A DNA stretch of 44,026 nt, the filler included, from Jimgerdemannia flammicorona (taxonomy: Eukaryota), in assembly GCA_003990765.1 (NCBI GenBank). It is 2 parts of 2 records of this genome, joined end to end, with 100 filler letters (N's around TTAATTAATTAA, not from the genome) between each part and the next. Parts side by side here need not be neighbours in the genome. Positions count along the whole stretch, not along the records: positions 1 to 21,970 come from RBNJ01001356.1; 1 more part is not named here. One strand, 5' to 3'. The first letter of the stretch is position 1, and every line of letters starts with the position of its first letter. Below the pieces are notes generated by a model that searched no databases, was not told where the DNA came from, and worked only from the letters and a program-made list of their open reading frames with translations. The translations under genes were made by a program, and so were the position numbers. This document shows positions 1 through 12,000 of this stretch, in pieces.

Positions 1-107
1 ATAAAAAAGAAAAGAGGAGGAGTGGGGCCCCCTGATGGGGATCGGTTAGTGGGTGGGATATTGTATACTTATTCATAGACTGGTAATAAAGACGGAGACC
101 AAGGGAC

Positions 108-143
<36 letters not shown>
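1..143 (+). mobile_element. 3' end and poly(A) tail of an L1/Tx1-like LINE inserted in the Gypsy element
   Basis: AATAAAGACGGAGACCAAGGGACTAT followed by 33 A (111-143). The same motif ends the LINE copies at 27512-27540 and 43993-44026. The Gypsy reading frame resumes at about 145. Confidence 0.85.
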
Positions 144-145
<2 letters not shown>

Positions 146-288
146 ATTGCTACCAGTGCACCATTGGAATCAAGAAGATCCACCAGGAAAGAAGGCAGAA
201 AGCTCTCGAAAAACAGATCAGAGAAGAAGAGAAGGAGGAAGATGATGAACCACCAGCCCTCCTGGAGGACAGTGATGATGAAGAAGAG

Positions 289-705
289 ATCAAGGTCAAG
301 ATTAAAAAGATCCACCCTGATGCAGTCTTGCCAGAATACAAGTCAGAAAATGCAGCCAGAATGGACATTGCTATAGTAAAAGAGACTGTACTGGAACTCC
401 AGACAACCACCCTACTTGCAACTGGACTGGAGATGACCATTCCAAAGGATCATGTTGGGATTCTCAAGACAAGAAGCAGCCTGGCTAGAAGCAAAATTAC
501 AATTGAAGGAGGAGTCATCGATTCAGACTATACTGGAGAAATTCTACTTATTGCTAGAAATCACAATTCTACAATCTCATTTCCAGTCAAGAAGAAGGAC
601 TGATTGGCACAAATGTTGATCTTTCCGATCCTACAACCAAAGATCATAGAAGTTAAGAAGCTGGAGGAAATGAAAAGAGGAAAGAAAGAATTTGGATCCA
701 CAGGA
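289..705 (+). pseudogene. Trimeric dUTPase domain in the Gypsy polyprotein
   Basis: All five motifs in one frame: AARMDI, TRSSLA, GVIDSDYTGE, D*LAQ (TGA at 601-603 where Arg is expected) and RGKKEFGSTG. Confidence 0.92.
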
Positions 706-799
706 AGAGGAGTATTTACCAGCACCAAGATTACCGAACTTGAGCATAAGAAGGAGGAAAACACAAGCAAGCATATCTACACCATCAGAAATGAATTTC

Positions 800-2182
800 C
801 ACTCAAAAAAGAACTCAAGAAAATACTCCATGAATTTGAAGATATTCTTGTCACAGATTTCAAGGATATCAAATGAAAGACTCCACACTACTATCATGAA
901 GTAGATACTGGAAACACTGAACCAATTTATCAGAAGGCAAGACCTGTCCTGCCAGCCTACTGAGAATGGCTCAGAGAAGAAATCAAGCAGATGGAAGAAG
1001 CTGGCATCATTAAAGAAGCCAGCAGCCCCAGGTTCTCACCTGTTGTACTAGCCCCGAAAAAGGGCAGCAAGCCTGGATAATTTGCCCCAAGACTCTGTGT
1101 TGACTACAGAAAGCTCAACACTGTTACCAAAAAGGATTGCCAACCACTGCTCCTCATCAATGACATCCTCATAATACTGGGAGATGAAGCACAGTACTAC
1201 AGCACTTTGGACTTATACTCAGGATTCCACCAAATCAGACTCACAGACATAGCAAGTGAAAAGTCAGCTTTCATCACCCCAGATGGAACTTACATCTACC
1301 TATGAATGCCATTTGGAATGTACAATACACTAGCAAGTTTCCAGCAAATGATGAACAAAATCTTCTGCTATGACATGGGAAGATAGATAAGATGATGTAA
1401 TCATCTACAGCCAGACACCAGAAGAACACCTGCAGCACATCCAGTAGATAATGGAAAGACTGAGAAAGTATGGCCTATACATCAAGTCCAAAAAATGCAA
1501 ATTCACAGAAATTGAGATCTCCTATCTTGGCCATATCATCAACCAAGATGGAACACACATGAATCCCCTCAAGATACAAGCAGTGGCAGTATACCCAAGA
1601 CCCACCACTGTTACGGAAGCCCAAGCCTTCATGGGACTTGTCTCCTATTATCGCAGATTTATTAGAGAATTTTCTAATATTGCAGGACCAATCTACAAAC
1701 TTAACAAGAAGGATATCAAGTTCCAGTGGACTGGCAGACAACAAAAAGCATTTGATGAACTCAAGATCAGACTGACCCAGGCACCCATCCTCAGAAGACC
1801 TGACTGGACTCAAGAATTCATCCTACAGACTAATGCAAGTGCACAAGGACTAGGAGCAGTCCTAGCTCAAAAGAAAGATAAAGTGGAGTATGTCATCATA
1901 TACCTCAGCTGTGGAACCCGAGGAGCTGAAAGAGAATATGAATCCTATAAGTTGGAATGCCTCGCAGTCATCTGGGCCATAGAAAAGTTCCACTACTACT
2001 TGGCTGGAAGACACTTCACTATCCAAACAGACCACTCAGCTCTCACCTGGCTACTGACAACCAGACAACCTAAAGGAATCTATGCCAGATGGATAATGAA
2101 GTTGCAGGCTTATGATGTAACCATTGTATACTGCTCTGGAAGAACCAATACCAATGCAGATACCCTCTCATGGACACCCTGA
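800..2182 (+). pseudogene. Gypsy reverse transcriptase and RNase H
   Basis: SPVVLAPKK, RLCVDYRKLN, LDLYSGFHQI, MPFG, a damaged (Y)xDD near 1385-1400, KKC..ISYLGH, FMGLVSYYRRFI, LQTNASAQGLGAVL, KLECLAVIWA, TDHSAL, RWIMKLQ. Confidence 0.95.
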
Positions 2183-2369
2183 ACTACCTCCAACTAACAA
2201 ATCAATCATGAATAAGGAGCTCTACTATGGAATTATCACATATGTACCTGGGACAGCGAAAGATGCCCCAATATCTAGAAGAATGGACACAAATGATTAT
2301 CAACAGAACATGGAAATAATTTGAAACTGATGGAGAAACACTGAAGAAAGGAAAACTACTAGTCATACC

Positions 2370-3405
2370 AGAACATAAGAAGGAGCAAGTGATGAAATCA
2401 GTATATGAACTTGGCCATCTAGGAGGAATGAATACATATGATAAAGCAAGAAGAACAATATGGTGGCCAGGGATGGAGGAAGATATCAGACAATTCATCA
2501 AGATCTGCAATAAATGCCAGAAACAGAAACAAGACCAATGAAATCGAGCCCTAGAATCAGCACACATAGAACCAGTACCATTTGCCCACATTGCAATAGA
2601 TGTAATTGGCCCTCTACCCTTGACTTTGACTGGCAACTGATATATCATCATCATCATAGACCTTTTTACAAAATGGATAGAAGTAGGACCCCTTATGGAA
2701 GTCAATGCACAGTCAATCGCTGATTTCTTCCACAAAGAAATCATCTGCCAATTCAAGACCTCAATGCAAGTAACCACAGATAGAGGAACAGAATTTGTGA
2801 ATCAGTTCTTCGAAGTTCTCTACAAAAAGTACAAGATCCAGCATATTCGGACCATAGTATATCACCCTCAAGGAAACAGACAAGTAGAAAGGACCAACAA
2901 AGCCCTCAAGAATATTATTATCAAGATCTGCAATAACTACAAGAACTGAGATCACTATCTGCCAATAGCATTATCTGCTCTCTGGAATATTTGATCACAA
3001 AGTACCTACTTTACCCCTCAAGAAATACTGTTTAGAGAAGAATGTTCTCAGGGAACCCTATCATCCAATGGAGATGCAGTATGGAAACATATGGATATGG
3101 AAATACAGAGACTACACCAAATCAGGAAGAAGGCTGAGGATTACATAACCAAGGTGCAGACACTACAACAGAGGAATGCGGAAAAGACCTACAAACTCTT
3201 GGAGATTATCAAGATAGGAGACAAAGTCCTAGTGTATCAGAATATGGTAGAAGCTTCATGGTTACAAAAACTGGAGCCCAAGTGGGAAGGACCTTACCTT
3301 GTGCAAGATATAAAAGAGACCACCTTTTGGCTACAAAAACTCTCAGGTACAATAATCCCCACCACCATTCACCAAAACTGTCTCAAGAAATATCATGGCC
3401 AGTAA
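2370..3405 (+). pseudogene. Gypsy integrase (Zn finger, DDE core, C-terminal GPY/F region)
   Basis: GHLG...WWPGM...CNKCQ; IAIDVIGP; TDRGTEF; YHPQGNRQVERTN; KLEPKWEGPY. Confidence 0.93.
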
Positions 3406-3856
3406 CAAAAGTACTGCAATGGCACTCAAGATCACTAGCACTACCCAAAGGACCATTGAGAGACAATGGCATACCACCGAGCCTCCGACCATAGAGGAGT
3501 CTTATGATAGTATCCAAAGTATTATGCAGACTCACCTCTCTCAGATCTCATACTTCAAGACCTATCAGTATCGAAACGAATTTCAAGAGTACTTCAAACT
3601 TGGCCAAGTACTCAATCAAGACCCAGAAATGACCAAAGAAAATTGGATCGCAGAATGCCAGCTCTCCTATTTCCAGATCACCATTGTTAAGAGAATCTAC
3701 AAGCTATTCTATGAGGATGAACCAGCACTAGCCCACCTGTGAGGAGTGACTCCCTCAGACTTTGACTGAGTTAGGCGATACCATTGGGAAACAGTAATGC
3801 AACAAATTGCACAATACAAGACCATACAGACCATTGAAGCCTGGGAGTTTGAATAG
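3395..3856 (+). pseudogene. Additional ORF of unknown function between integrase and PPT (about 153 codons)
   Basis: ATG at 3395 overlaps the pol stop. The frame continues through two TGA codons (3740, 3767) to TAG at 3854-3856, just before the PPT. Confidence 0.65.
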
Positions 3857-3883
3857 ATACTTCAAGGATGAGGTCATCTATTC

Positions 3884-3892
3884 AGGAGGAAG
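3884..3892 (+). other. Polypurine tract
   Basis: AGGAGGAAG ending one base before the TGTAATA LTR start. Confidence 0.7.
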
Positions 3893-3893
3893 T

Positions 3894-4361
3894 TGTAATA
3901 GTATAGCCAGATTTGGAAGAAGGAAATAGAGAACAGACACTTGATTGCACCTAGTCTCAAAGTAGTATAGCCACATAGTTAGCAGTCCCCAATTTTGCCA
4001 TTTACTAAATATTTCGCAAAGTATAAGATCGAGCTTCTTGATATAGTATAGTATTTTGCAACTGGCAAAATATTCCGCAAAGTATTAAATAACTCATAAC
4101 CTAGCCATGTAACTCAGTAACCATCTCATAGCTAGCAAACTTGTATAAATAACCCAGTATCTTTGAGTGAATAAAACCTCAGATCGAAATAGTTCAAAGC
4201 AAAGAGATAGCAAAGAAACTAATAAGCCTGCAGGCAGATATACTTCGAACTCACCCACCCTCTCCTGCAACTTCAAGAGACTCTGTGAGAGTCAGAACAG
4301 TCAAGTTTTCAAGATACAGAAATCTGATATACTTTCAAGAGTAAGCATCTGCTATATTACA
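3894..4361 (+). repeat. 3' LTR (468 bp)
   Basis: Starts TGTAATA and ends TATTACA (7-bp terminal inverted repeat). Internal TATAAAT (about 4144) and AATAAA (about 4170). Composition shifts abruptly after 4361. Confidence 0.85.
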
Positions 4362-5734
4362 TTATATAAATAATCTTTAAATTATAAGTAAATATGTAAA
4401 TTATGTTTAATAAAATAAAATAAAAAATAAAAACAAATATTCTAATAATAGATCTTTAGATATATTACTTGGAGTATACTGTAACAAAACCAGATAAAGT
4501 GAATATTTGACATCACTTGATTATTTATTTTTGCTATTACTTTGCTCATAACTTTTTAATTATTCAGTATTCACCATATAATTTGATTAAAGTAAGTAAA
4601 CTGAAAGTATAACCTAATGTTCTCTGTTTTCATGTTTCTTTTAAAGTCTTCACTAATACTGATAGGACTTTGATACATCATAATTAGGCAGAATATATGT
4701 AATTTTTTCAGGGAACATTTTTTCATTTTCATACTATAATTAAATTATTATTAGTAAAATATAAAAATCTGGTATATTTCTTTCATTCAGAACCATCTTA
4801 AAGAAAATAACCATTGTTTTTTTTTTTACTAAAATAATCAATACTTAACATAATCTTATAAAAAGAAATATATAAGTATATAAAAGAAAAATAAATATAA
4901 ATTTATAATAAAAAATATAATTAATGAACTCTAAGAGAGAAATAAAGAATTATTAAACCAAACCAAACAATTAAAAGTACTATTACAAGTTAAGTAGTTA
5001 AATAATGAAGAAATTAAACAAGAGATAATCAAATATTTGTAGGATGGATATATTACTTATAATCTCAATCTAGCAGTAGTTGATAAATCACCCAAATTAA
5101 TAATAAAGAATACTGACTAAGGTTTTGTAAGAATTATCCTACTGAAAGTTCTCAGCAAGGATATATTTACTTGCTTTATTAATATATTCAATATTATAAT
5201 GATTGATTTAAACACTATAATGAAATAAATAAAGTTAAAAAAGATATTTTCTCTACTCTGCAAGATTTAAATTTAGAGGAAAGTAAGAAGAAGATAAGAT
5301 AAAAAAGAAACCATTTGAAGAAGATCAAAGGGAAGAGTTTAGAAATTGTTATGATCTTTATAGTATTTCTCTTAAAGATATAGTAAAAGATATTACTAAA
5401 TAAATTACAAAAGTTAAAATTGAACATAAAAGTTTCAAGAAAACTATTGAGGAACTTTTATTAGATTATTCTGAATTAACAGAAGAGGATATTAAAAATG
5501 AAAGTATTTATTAGTTGGAAGGAGAACTATATGAATTATTAAATAAACTTAATGAGGTTATTATGAAAATTATTGAGAAATGGGAAGTAGATATCAAAAC
5601 TCACTTTATCTCTTTTACTGAAATTAGTAAGGATTGAAATGATAAAAAAGAAGTATCTTTAAAAGAAGAAATTAGAGATAAGTTGAAATTATTGAAAAAA
5701 GAATATGAGAAAAAATTTTTATTCAGAAAGCCAA

Positions 5735-7562
5735 GATTTCTTGTACTTTGACAGTACTTGGATTTACTCTGATGAAAAGAAAATGTTGAAACTTTTATAT
5801 ACCAGATAGCTTCTTGAAGTATATTTTGAAACTACTTACAATATTAAAGTATTAGAAATCATCTCTACCATTATAATGTCATACTTTATTTAATCTGGTA
5901 ATACTAAACCTTTTTATGATATCAATAATATAATCTATATAGTCTATCATAATTTTGTGATAAAGTCTTTTAATTAGACCAAAACTACTATCACATTTAA
6001 ATTTAGTATAGCTTAGAACTATGAATTTCAATTTAATACTTTTATAATACATATATATCTATAAATTACCAAATATAAATAAAACCAAAGAGTGGTATTG
6101 TTCTTGTTTTATCTGTTCACATTATTGCAAGTAATTTTTAAGTGCCCTTCACCTCAGTTCAATTGCTTAATTCCATTAAAGACTAGGCTAAGCATATCAT
6201 TCAGACTCTTTCTGAGAAGTTCATTCTTGTTAAAAATATAATTAATTTGCTCGCAGACTGCTTCATCTTGATTCCAAACAAATATACTTTAAGAGTACTA
6301 AAGTAATATACTTTGCTAATCTATTGATTGAAATGAGGTACATATGGACATTTTGGACTTAGTTATAACTATAATGTACAACTATATTAATACTGCAGAA
6401 TGATATCTCACCTTTTAGTATAGAATAATTCTGGTCAATAAGTTTTCTTTATTCTTCTACCAATTTGATATTTCTGTTATAATAATTTCATTCTAGCTTA
6501 GCTTTAGCAAGATGTTCTTTATATTTCTTTAATAAGTCTTGAGCCTCTTTTTCTTTATGAGCTTTAAATTATAAATCATTTTGCAAATATTGATAGATAT
6601 TATATAAGTTAGTTCAAGGACTCATAATTTAGATATATAGAGTTAGCTAATGTCACAATTTATAAAAGGCATCATATTTTAGAGTGTGTAGAGTACTATC
6701 TTCCAGGCTGGCTAAAAAGTTACAATAAATAGATTTAAAGCTCATTTCTACTAGTAAAAAGATTATTAATTAAGTTACATAATTAATATTTCTCACTAGA
6801 CTAGATAGCTCATAAACTTCAGTATAATTTAAAAGAAAATTCTTAACAGTAGTAGTGATATTCTGATCAATCATCATTTTAGTTTTTCACTGAGGCATTC
6901 TTTTGGTATTGCTATGGAGCTATGATAAAAGATCATTTTTCAGCAGATGATTTTGTATATTTTCAAAATAAGTATGACTAATTCTTAATATATTTAAATA
7001 GATTTTCTAGCAAAGAGATATTGCAATCTCAGTAATATAAAGTTCTTTTATTAGTATGAGCTTTCTTCTTAAGACAATAACTAGTACTTATAGATCCACC
7101 ATCTATGGTCTTGAGTTGTGTCATCAAAAAGATATCTTATTCAGGCTTGGAGAGAGCTTGAAAAGCTTCTTACAATTTAGCAAACTCTTCTCTAGGTACT
7201 TTTACAGAGCAATCACAACTACAGCCAAGTTCTAAAAAGTAGAGAGCTTTCTCATATTTAGATAGATTTTTGGTATTTATCATATATATATATTTTATAT
7301 ACAATCTGTCTGGTTTTGTTAAATTTTTTCTATATAGTATATTAAAGAATATAATTACTTTTTATATATACAGTCTTTACTCTTTTGATATTTTTCTTTT
7401 TTTCCTAAGTTCTTGGGATATTTCTAGTAACTCTTGCTAAAGTTCTTCTTTTAATTTTCAGATAGTTTTAGTATTAGCTATTTTGAAGATATAAGGAGCA
7501 ATTTTTTTACCTTAGTCTCTTTTCAAAATACTTCTGATAGTACTGTAATCTTTAGGTTCCAT
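5735..7562 (-). mobile_element. Heavily decayed Sola-like DNA transposase
   Basis: Minus-strand remnants: GCSCDC..VPREEF..FQALS..DIFLMTQL; YKEHLAKAKLE; HYSY; KITCNN...(Q)NKNNTTLWF, resembling the DNC.GQNKN motif; TKFKCDSSFGLIKRLY, resembling GHTKF.CD..FG.IK. Superfamily assigned from motif recognition only. Confidence 0.65.
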
Positions 7563-8229
7563 AGTAGACTTGATGTAAATTAGTTTCATGTAAATTATTA
7601 TATATAATTATAGTCATTTAGCCTATTACAGAACACTTTATTAAGAAAGAGAATTATTTTATATTGTGGTATTATGCCTGAGTTCAGAGGATTCTCAACT
7701 GACATTAGAACATCAATGTGGTCAACAAGTACAGGAATGAATAGCCTCCTGCTCTATATATATATTCTGCAGTTACATATCACAAGGAGGGCTGAGTTAT
7801 TTCCAAGGTATAATATTAGTTTAGCTTATCAGTATTGTATAAATACCCTTTATTTCAATTCAGACATTTTTACTTTCAGATCTAAGAGAACCAGTAGTAA
7901 GATATAAGGCCTGAATTGCAGTACAGCAAATACATCAAGAGTTGAAAGAGAAACTGAATAATATCTCTCACACTAAGAAACTTGATTTGGCAATATATGC
8001 TACTATAATATCCTCACCCCTACTGTCATCTAAATCATCAGTCTTAAATTCCCACTACAGCATATTAAAATTCCTTGAAATATCAATTACAAATATTACA
8101 AACAATACAAAATATAATCTCATTCCTACTAAGCTAGTTATATCATCTCTCCTATATCACCCTACTTCCTTATAGCTGCCATCATTATATAGAGAGATCT
8201 CAACATATTCTCTATAGTCTCTTGGTAAT

Positions 8230-8830
8230 TACCCCTATAATAGTAGCAGGAAGGTAGACATTGGTTTGTCTGAAAAGCAAATAATTTCAGTATATGTAAT
8301 TTTTGATAGCCATGCTGAAGGCAGTACTCTTTAAAGTTATTCTGATTGTGAAAATGAAAGAGTTACTCTAGTACACCCAGATGAATATTACAAGATCCTG
8401 AAAAATCAATTTAAAGTAGCTTTAGTTGATAATCAGAAAGATGGCTAGTAAAATTTTATGCTATCAGGTACTGAGACATAATCTGAAGGTTTTTACACAG
8501 TGGCAGATCAGCAGACCCTCTAAGAGTGGCCAGCTGATCATACCATCTTCTTCAACAATGCACTATAGTGATTATCGCTGTACAACTATCTAGGGATGGA
8601 TACCCATCCAGTGATATTGAGTATAGCAAGAGCTATAAATTGAAACACATCAGATATGTCCCCCGCAAACTATCCAGATTATTATGTAGTGATAATGAGG
8701 TGGGCCATTCACTCAAAGAATGTAGCCAGCTGATCAGACCATTTTCTCAATAAGGCATTAAGCACCAATATCACCATGCAATCATTCAGAGATAGAAACT
8801 TATCTATCTAGAATATGCTAACTGTTTTCA
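8230..8830 (+). pseudogene. Relic gag/ORF1-like fragment with degenerate zinc knuckles
   Basis: CSDNEVGHSLKEC resembles a damaged CCHC knuckle. A second similarly spaced C...C follows near 8777-8818. Confidence 0.3.
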
Positions 8831-8934
8831 GTCCAGAATACTGATAGTCTGCAGATGTGCTGTATAATAAGTTACTGTCCTCTTAGTCATATAATAAATA
8901 AATACACAAATAATGTCATTATTTTTATTGAGTC

Positions 8935-11837
8935 ATGAAATTTCCACATATATTCTACAACATACATACAATACAAGATTGGGTATACAATCATCTCAAT
9001 GACCTAAAACTAGAGAACTTTTATAAAGAATTCAATTACTCACACATTTCAAGAAAAGATACCAAAGAGTAATTGCAGCTATTGCTCAGTAATATCAAGA
9101 AAGAAAGAAATTCAGGGAATAGCAGGAAAGCAAAACTCCTCCTAAATATTTTCAAGATAAATAAGAATCTCACTATTACTATTAGCAATAAATATTTTTT
9201 AATTGTTTATAGTTCTTATACAGCTCTGGACAAAGTCAATCAACTGTAAGAAATACTGGTTAAATGTAAAAGCCTCACTTGCTAAGATACATTCAGCTAT
9301 TTCATCTTTGCCAAAGAGATAGATGAGTCTCTCTCTGCTTATTGGTTATGTGATCTTCACAGTCAGCATATTAAGTTATAGAGCAATATACTGCATATAA
9401 GACTATCAAGACTTATATGAAGATTATCAACAAAGAGGATGAAAAGATAAATAATACTTTTCTTGTCTTAGAGACAATAAAACAGAATGTGCTAATAATA
9501 TTAGCAATGATGAAAATATCATGCAGGGTGATCCTTTGAATGATTCCAAAGATAATAATGATGAAGTGGCTCCAGATCAAGTAATTTTCAAAAGCTGAGC
9601 TCATGATTTATACTATTGTCACTTGTGGTTTATATTATTGTTTAATCTATAGATTGATAAGGGGTCTGATGGATTTACAATATATATTGATGCTACTAGC
9701 ACTAGTGGCAGATCTAGGAAAGCAGCAGTGACATCAAGCAAGTATAAAGTCACTAATATTGATAATGATTCTGTAAGTATTATTATTGCCACTATTGCTC
9801 TCTTGATAGTTTAGATTAAATACAATTATAAATGTTTGCTTATTAGTATAAATATTTTTTTTAGGATAAGTGACAATTATAGGATTCTGTATCTGAGACC
9901 TCCAAGTCCAATAATGTATTGGAATATATACTGAGATATGAATAGCTGTTATATATAATAATTCTTCTAATTTTCAAAACTTATAGTTTCTCTTACTTTT
10001 CTAGTAATATCACTAGTGATGATAATGATAGAATAAGTCATTCACATATCATTTTATATCTCTTAATAAGCTCCTCTTTAGGCCTTGCTGACAGTTTTAT
10101 ATATTGCAGAAAAAGGAAATCTAATCTGGTCTACTGATTGCTCAGTAATAGAAGAGGATAAGAGCTGGTATATTAAGTCATTAAAAGGAGACTTATAAGG
10201 ACAAAGTTACCATTGTTAAATGCTCTTCTACTAAAACAATAGAAGATTTGAAAAATGAGCTTGTCAAAACATCAACAAGTGAAGCTTTAAAATCACAATA
10301 TATGGAAAAGATAAGAATTTAACTAAATAATTAGTATCTTGTAGTTTTATATTTTATAGCATAAGAAATTAATTGAACTTTACTCTTATGCTTAGGACAA
10401 AGAAAGGGAAGAAATAACTACTACTGATGATATAATGTCAATAGGTATCTGTCTTCTATAGGAAGAAGATGTGAATGTAGAAAAAGACTTAGAGTTGACC
10501 AAGAAAGATACAGATATAATAAGCAGGAGAGCCTCTGGTCGCAAGACTGAGACAAGTGGGCCACATGTCTTGTAGCATACAAGAAAATTACTGCTCACAT
10601 TCACAGGTATGTTACTTATAATATTAATACTTATTTGTACTTCATCTTTTTGAAATAATGGTGGATGCCTTTACTTTATAGCTCCAAATATCTCAATATT
10701 ATCTGCTGTGGTGCTGACATTTCTCACTCAGAGTATATGCTGAGGAAACTCTATGTACATATCTCTACAAAAGTGTTTTCCTGGATATGACTAGCTTTTT
10801 CATCAAACATTAGGTATATATCATAGATACTCTTCAACAGGTACTCTTTATATGCCAGCTGAGTGAATCCATAAACTTTCAATAATCTTATCTTTTACTT
10901 TGAGTTTGTAGACAACTCTGCAGACTATATAAGAGATGCTTATATTAAAAAGACCACCTACAGATGAAGCTTATAGCAGCAAATATTACTTTCTTCATTG
11001 CATTTTCAGCCAGTTGTAAGTGATGATCTATCTCTATACTGTCTATGAATAAGTTTGGCCTAGTCTTCTATTAATTCTTTTCTATCTTGATAGTACTGAG
11101 TACATTTTTAAGTTGGACAGGGGTTCACAAATCCAGTCTTCAGACGTATACTATAATCATCTGATACTTTGGCCATATCTCTACTCTGCAGTAGATCAGT
11201 TGACTACACCCACTCTCAGATATCTTGAGTTTTTACCACAAGTATCTCTACTGTACACCTGCTCATTTTCTAATATAAAAAATTTATTCTCATTCAATAT
11301 AATACTTCTTTGATAGTAGTGAGATCAATCTCATTACTGTTAATAAAATACAGAGACTTCAAAACTAAAATATATAGCAGCATAAGGCAGATGACATGAT
11401 TTATACCAATGAATCATATATCAATAGAAATAACTAATTACTATAGATTAGCCAACTAGCTGAGGAAAGAGTGGGATCATGTGAGAGAGATGTATAGCTA
11501 TCTGGCTATATTGGGTTAGATTACTCATCTCTTTACATATGGATCAGTTGATGACTTTATAGACATTAAGGTTATATTCCTCTATGCTTACCATAAGTTT
11601 ATTGTATGCAGAGTTGTATTCTCTGTTCTCTTTGTCTAATAAAATATCAATTATAATAATAAACTTTATCTTTAAATTGTATGCATACTATCAGCTAGAA
11701 CTTATATCATATAATATATTGCTAAAGTAGTTGTTTCTGACTCATTTTTGAAGCTCCTTCATATCATGTCAACAATCAACCTCTTCTGAACAATTAGGAT
11801 AAGTGGGAAGAATGATTTTTTTTTTTTTTTTTTTTTT

Positions 11838-11891
<54 letters not shown>

Positions 11892-12000
11892 CTAGAGCTC
11901 TCAAAGATGATCAAGGCACTAGAAAAACTCAAAGTGAGTCATATAACCAATGTCCTAGCAATGTCTCTGAAGGGCAAGAAGAGCTAAATATATTTTCTTA
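8935..12000 (+). pseudogene. Decayed multi-exon gene relic of unknown family
   Basis: An ATG-initiated frame of about 74 codons with one stop (MKFPH...KAKLLLNIFK), then coding-like blocks alternating with short AT-rich GT..AG segments. Too mutated to assign. Confidence 0.35.
11816..11889. repeat. Poly(T) tract, 74 nt with one A
   Basis: Directly visible. Confidence 0.9.

Larger units (their letters stand above)
144..4361 (+). mobile_element. Decayed Ty3/Gypsy LTR retrotransposon (3' part: dUTPase-RT-RNaseH-IN, extra ORF, PPT, 3' LTR)
   Basis: Domain order RT-RH-IN, a polypurine tract and a TG...CA LTR. Multiple in-frame stops and frameshifts. Confidence 0.95.

Noticed and set aside
7665..7920. 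Possible solo LTR (TG...CA, internal TATAAATA)
   Set aside because: The terminal inverted repeat is poor and the flanks (ATAT/GTAC) match only if decay is assumed.
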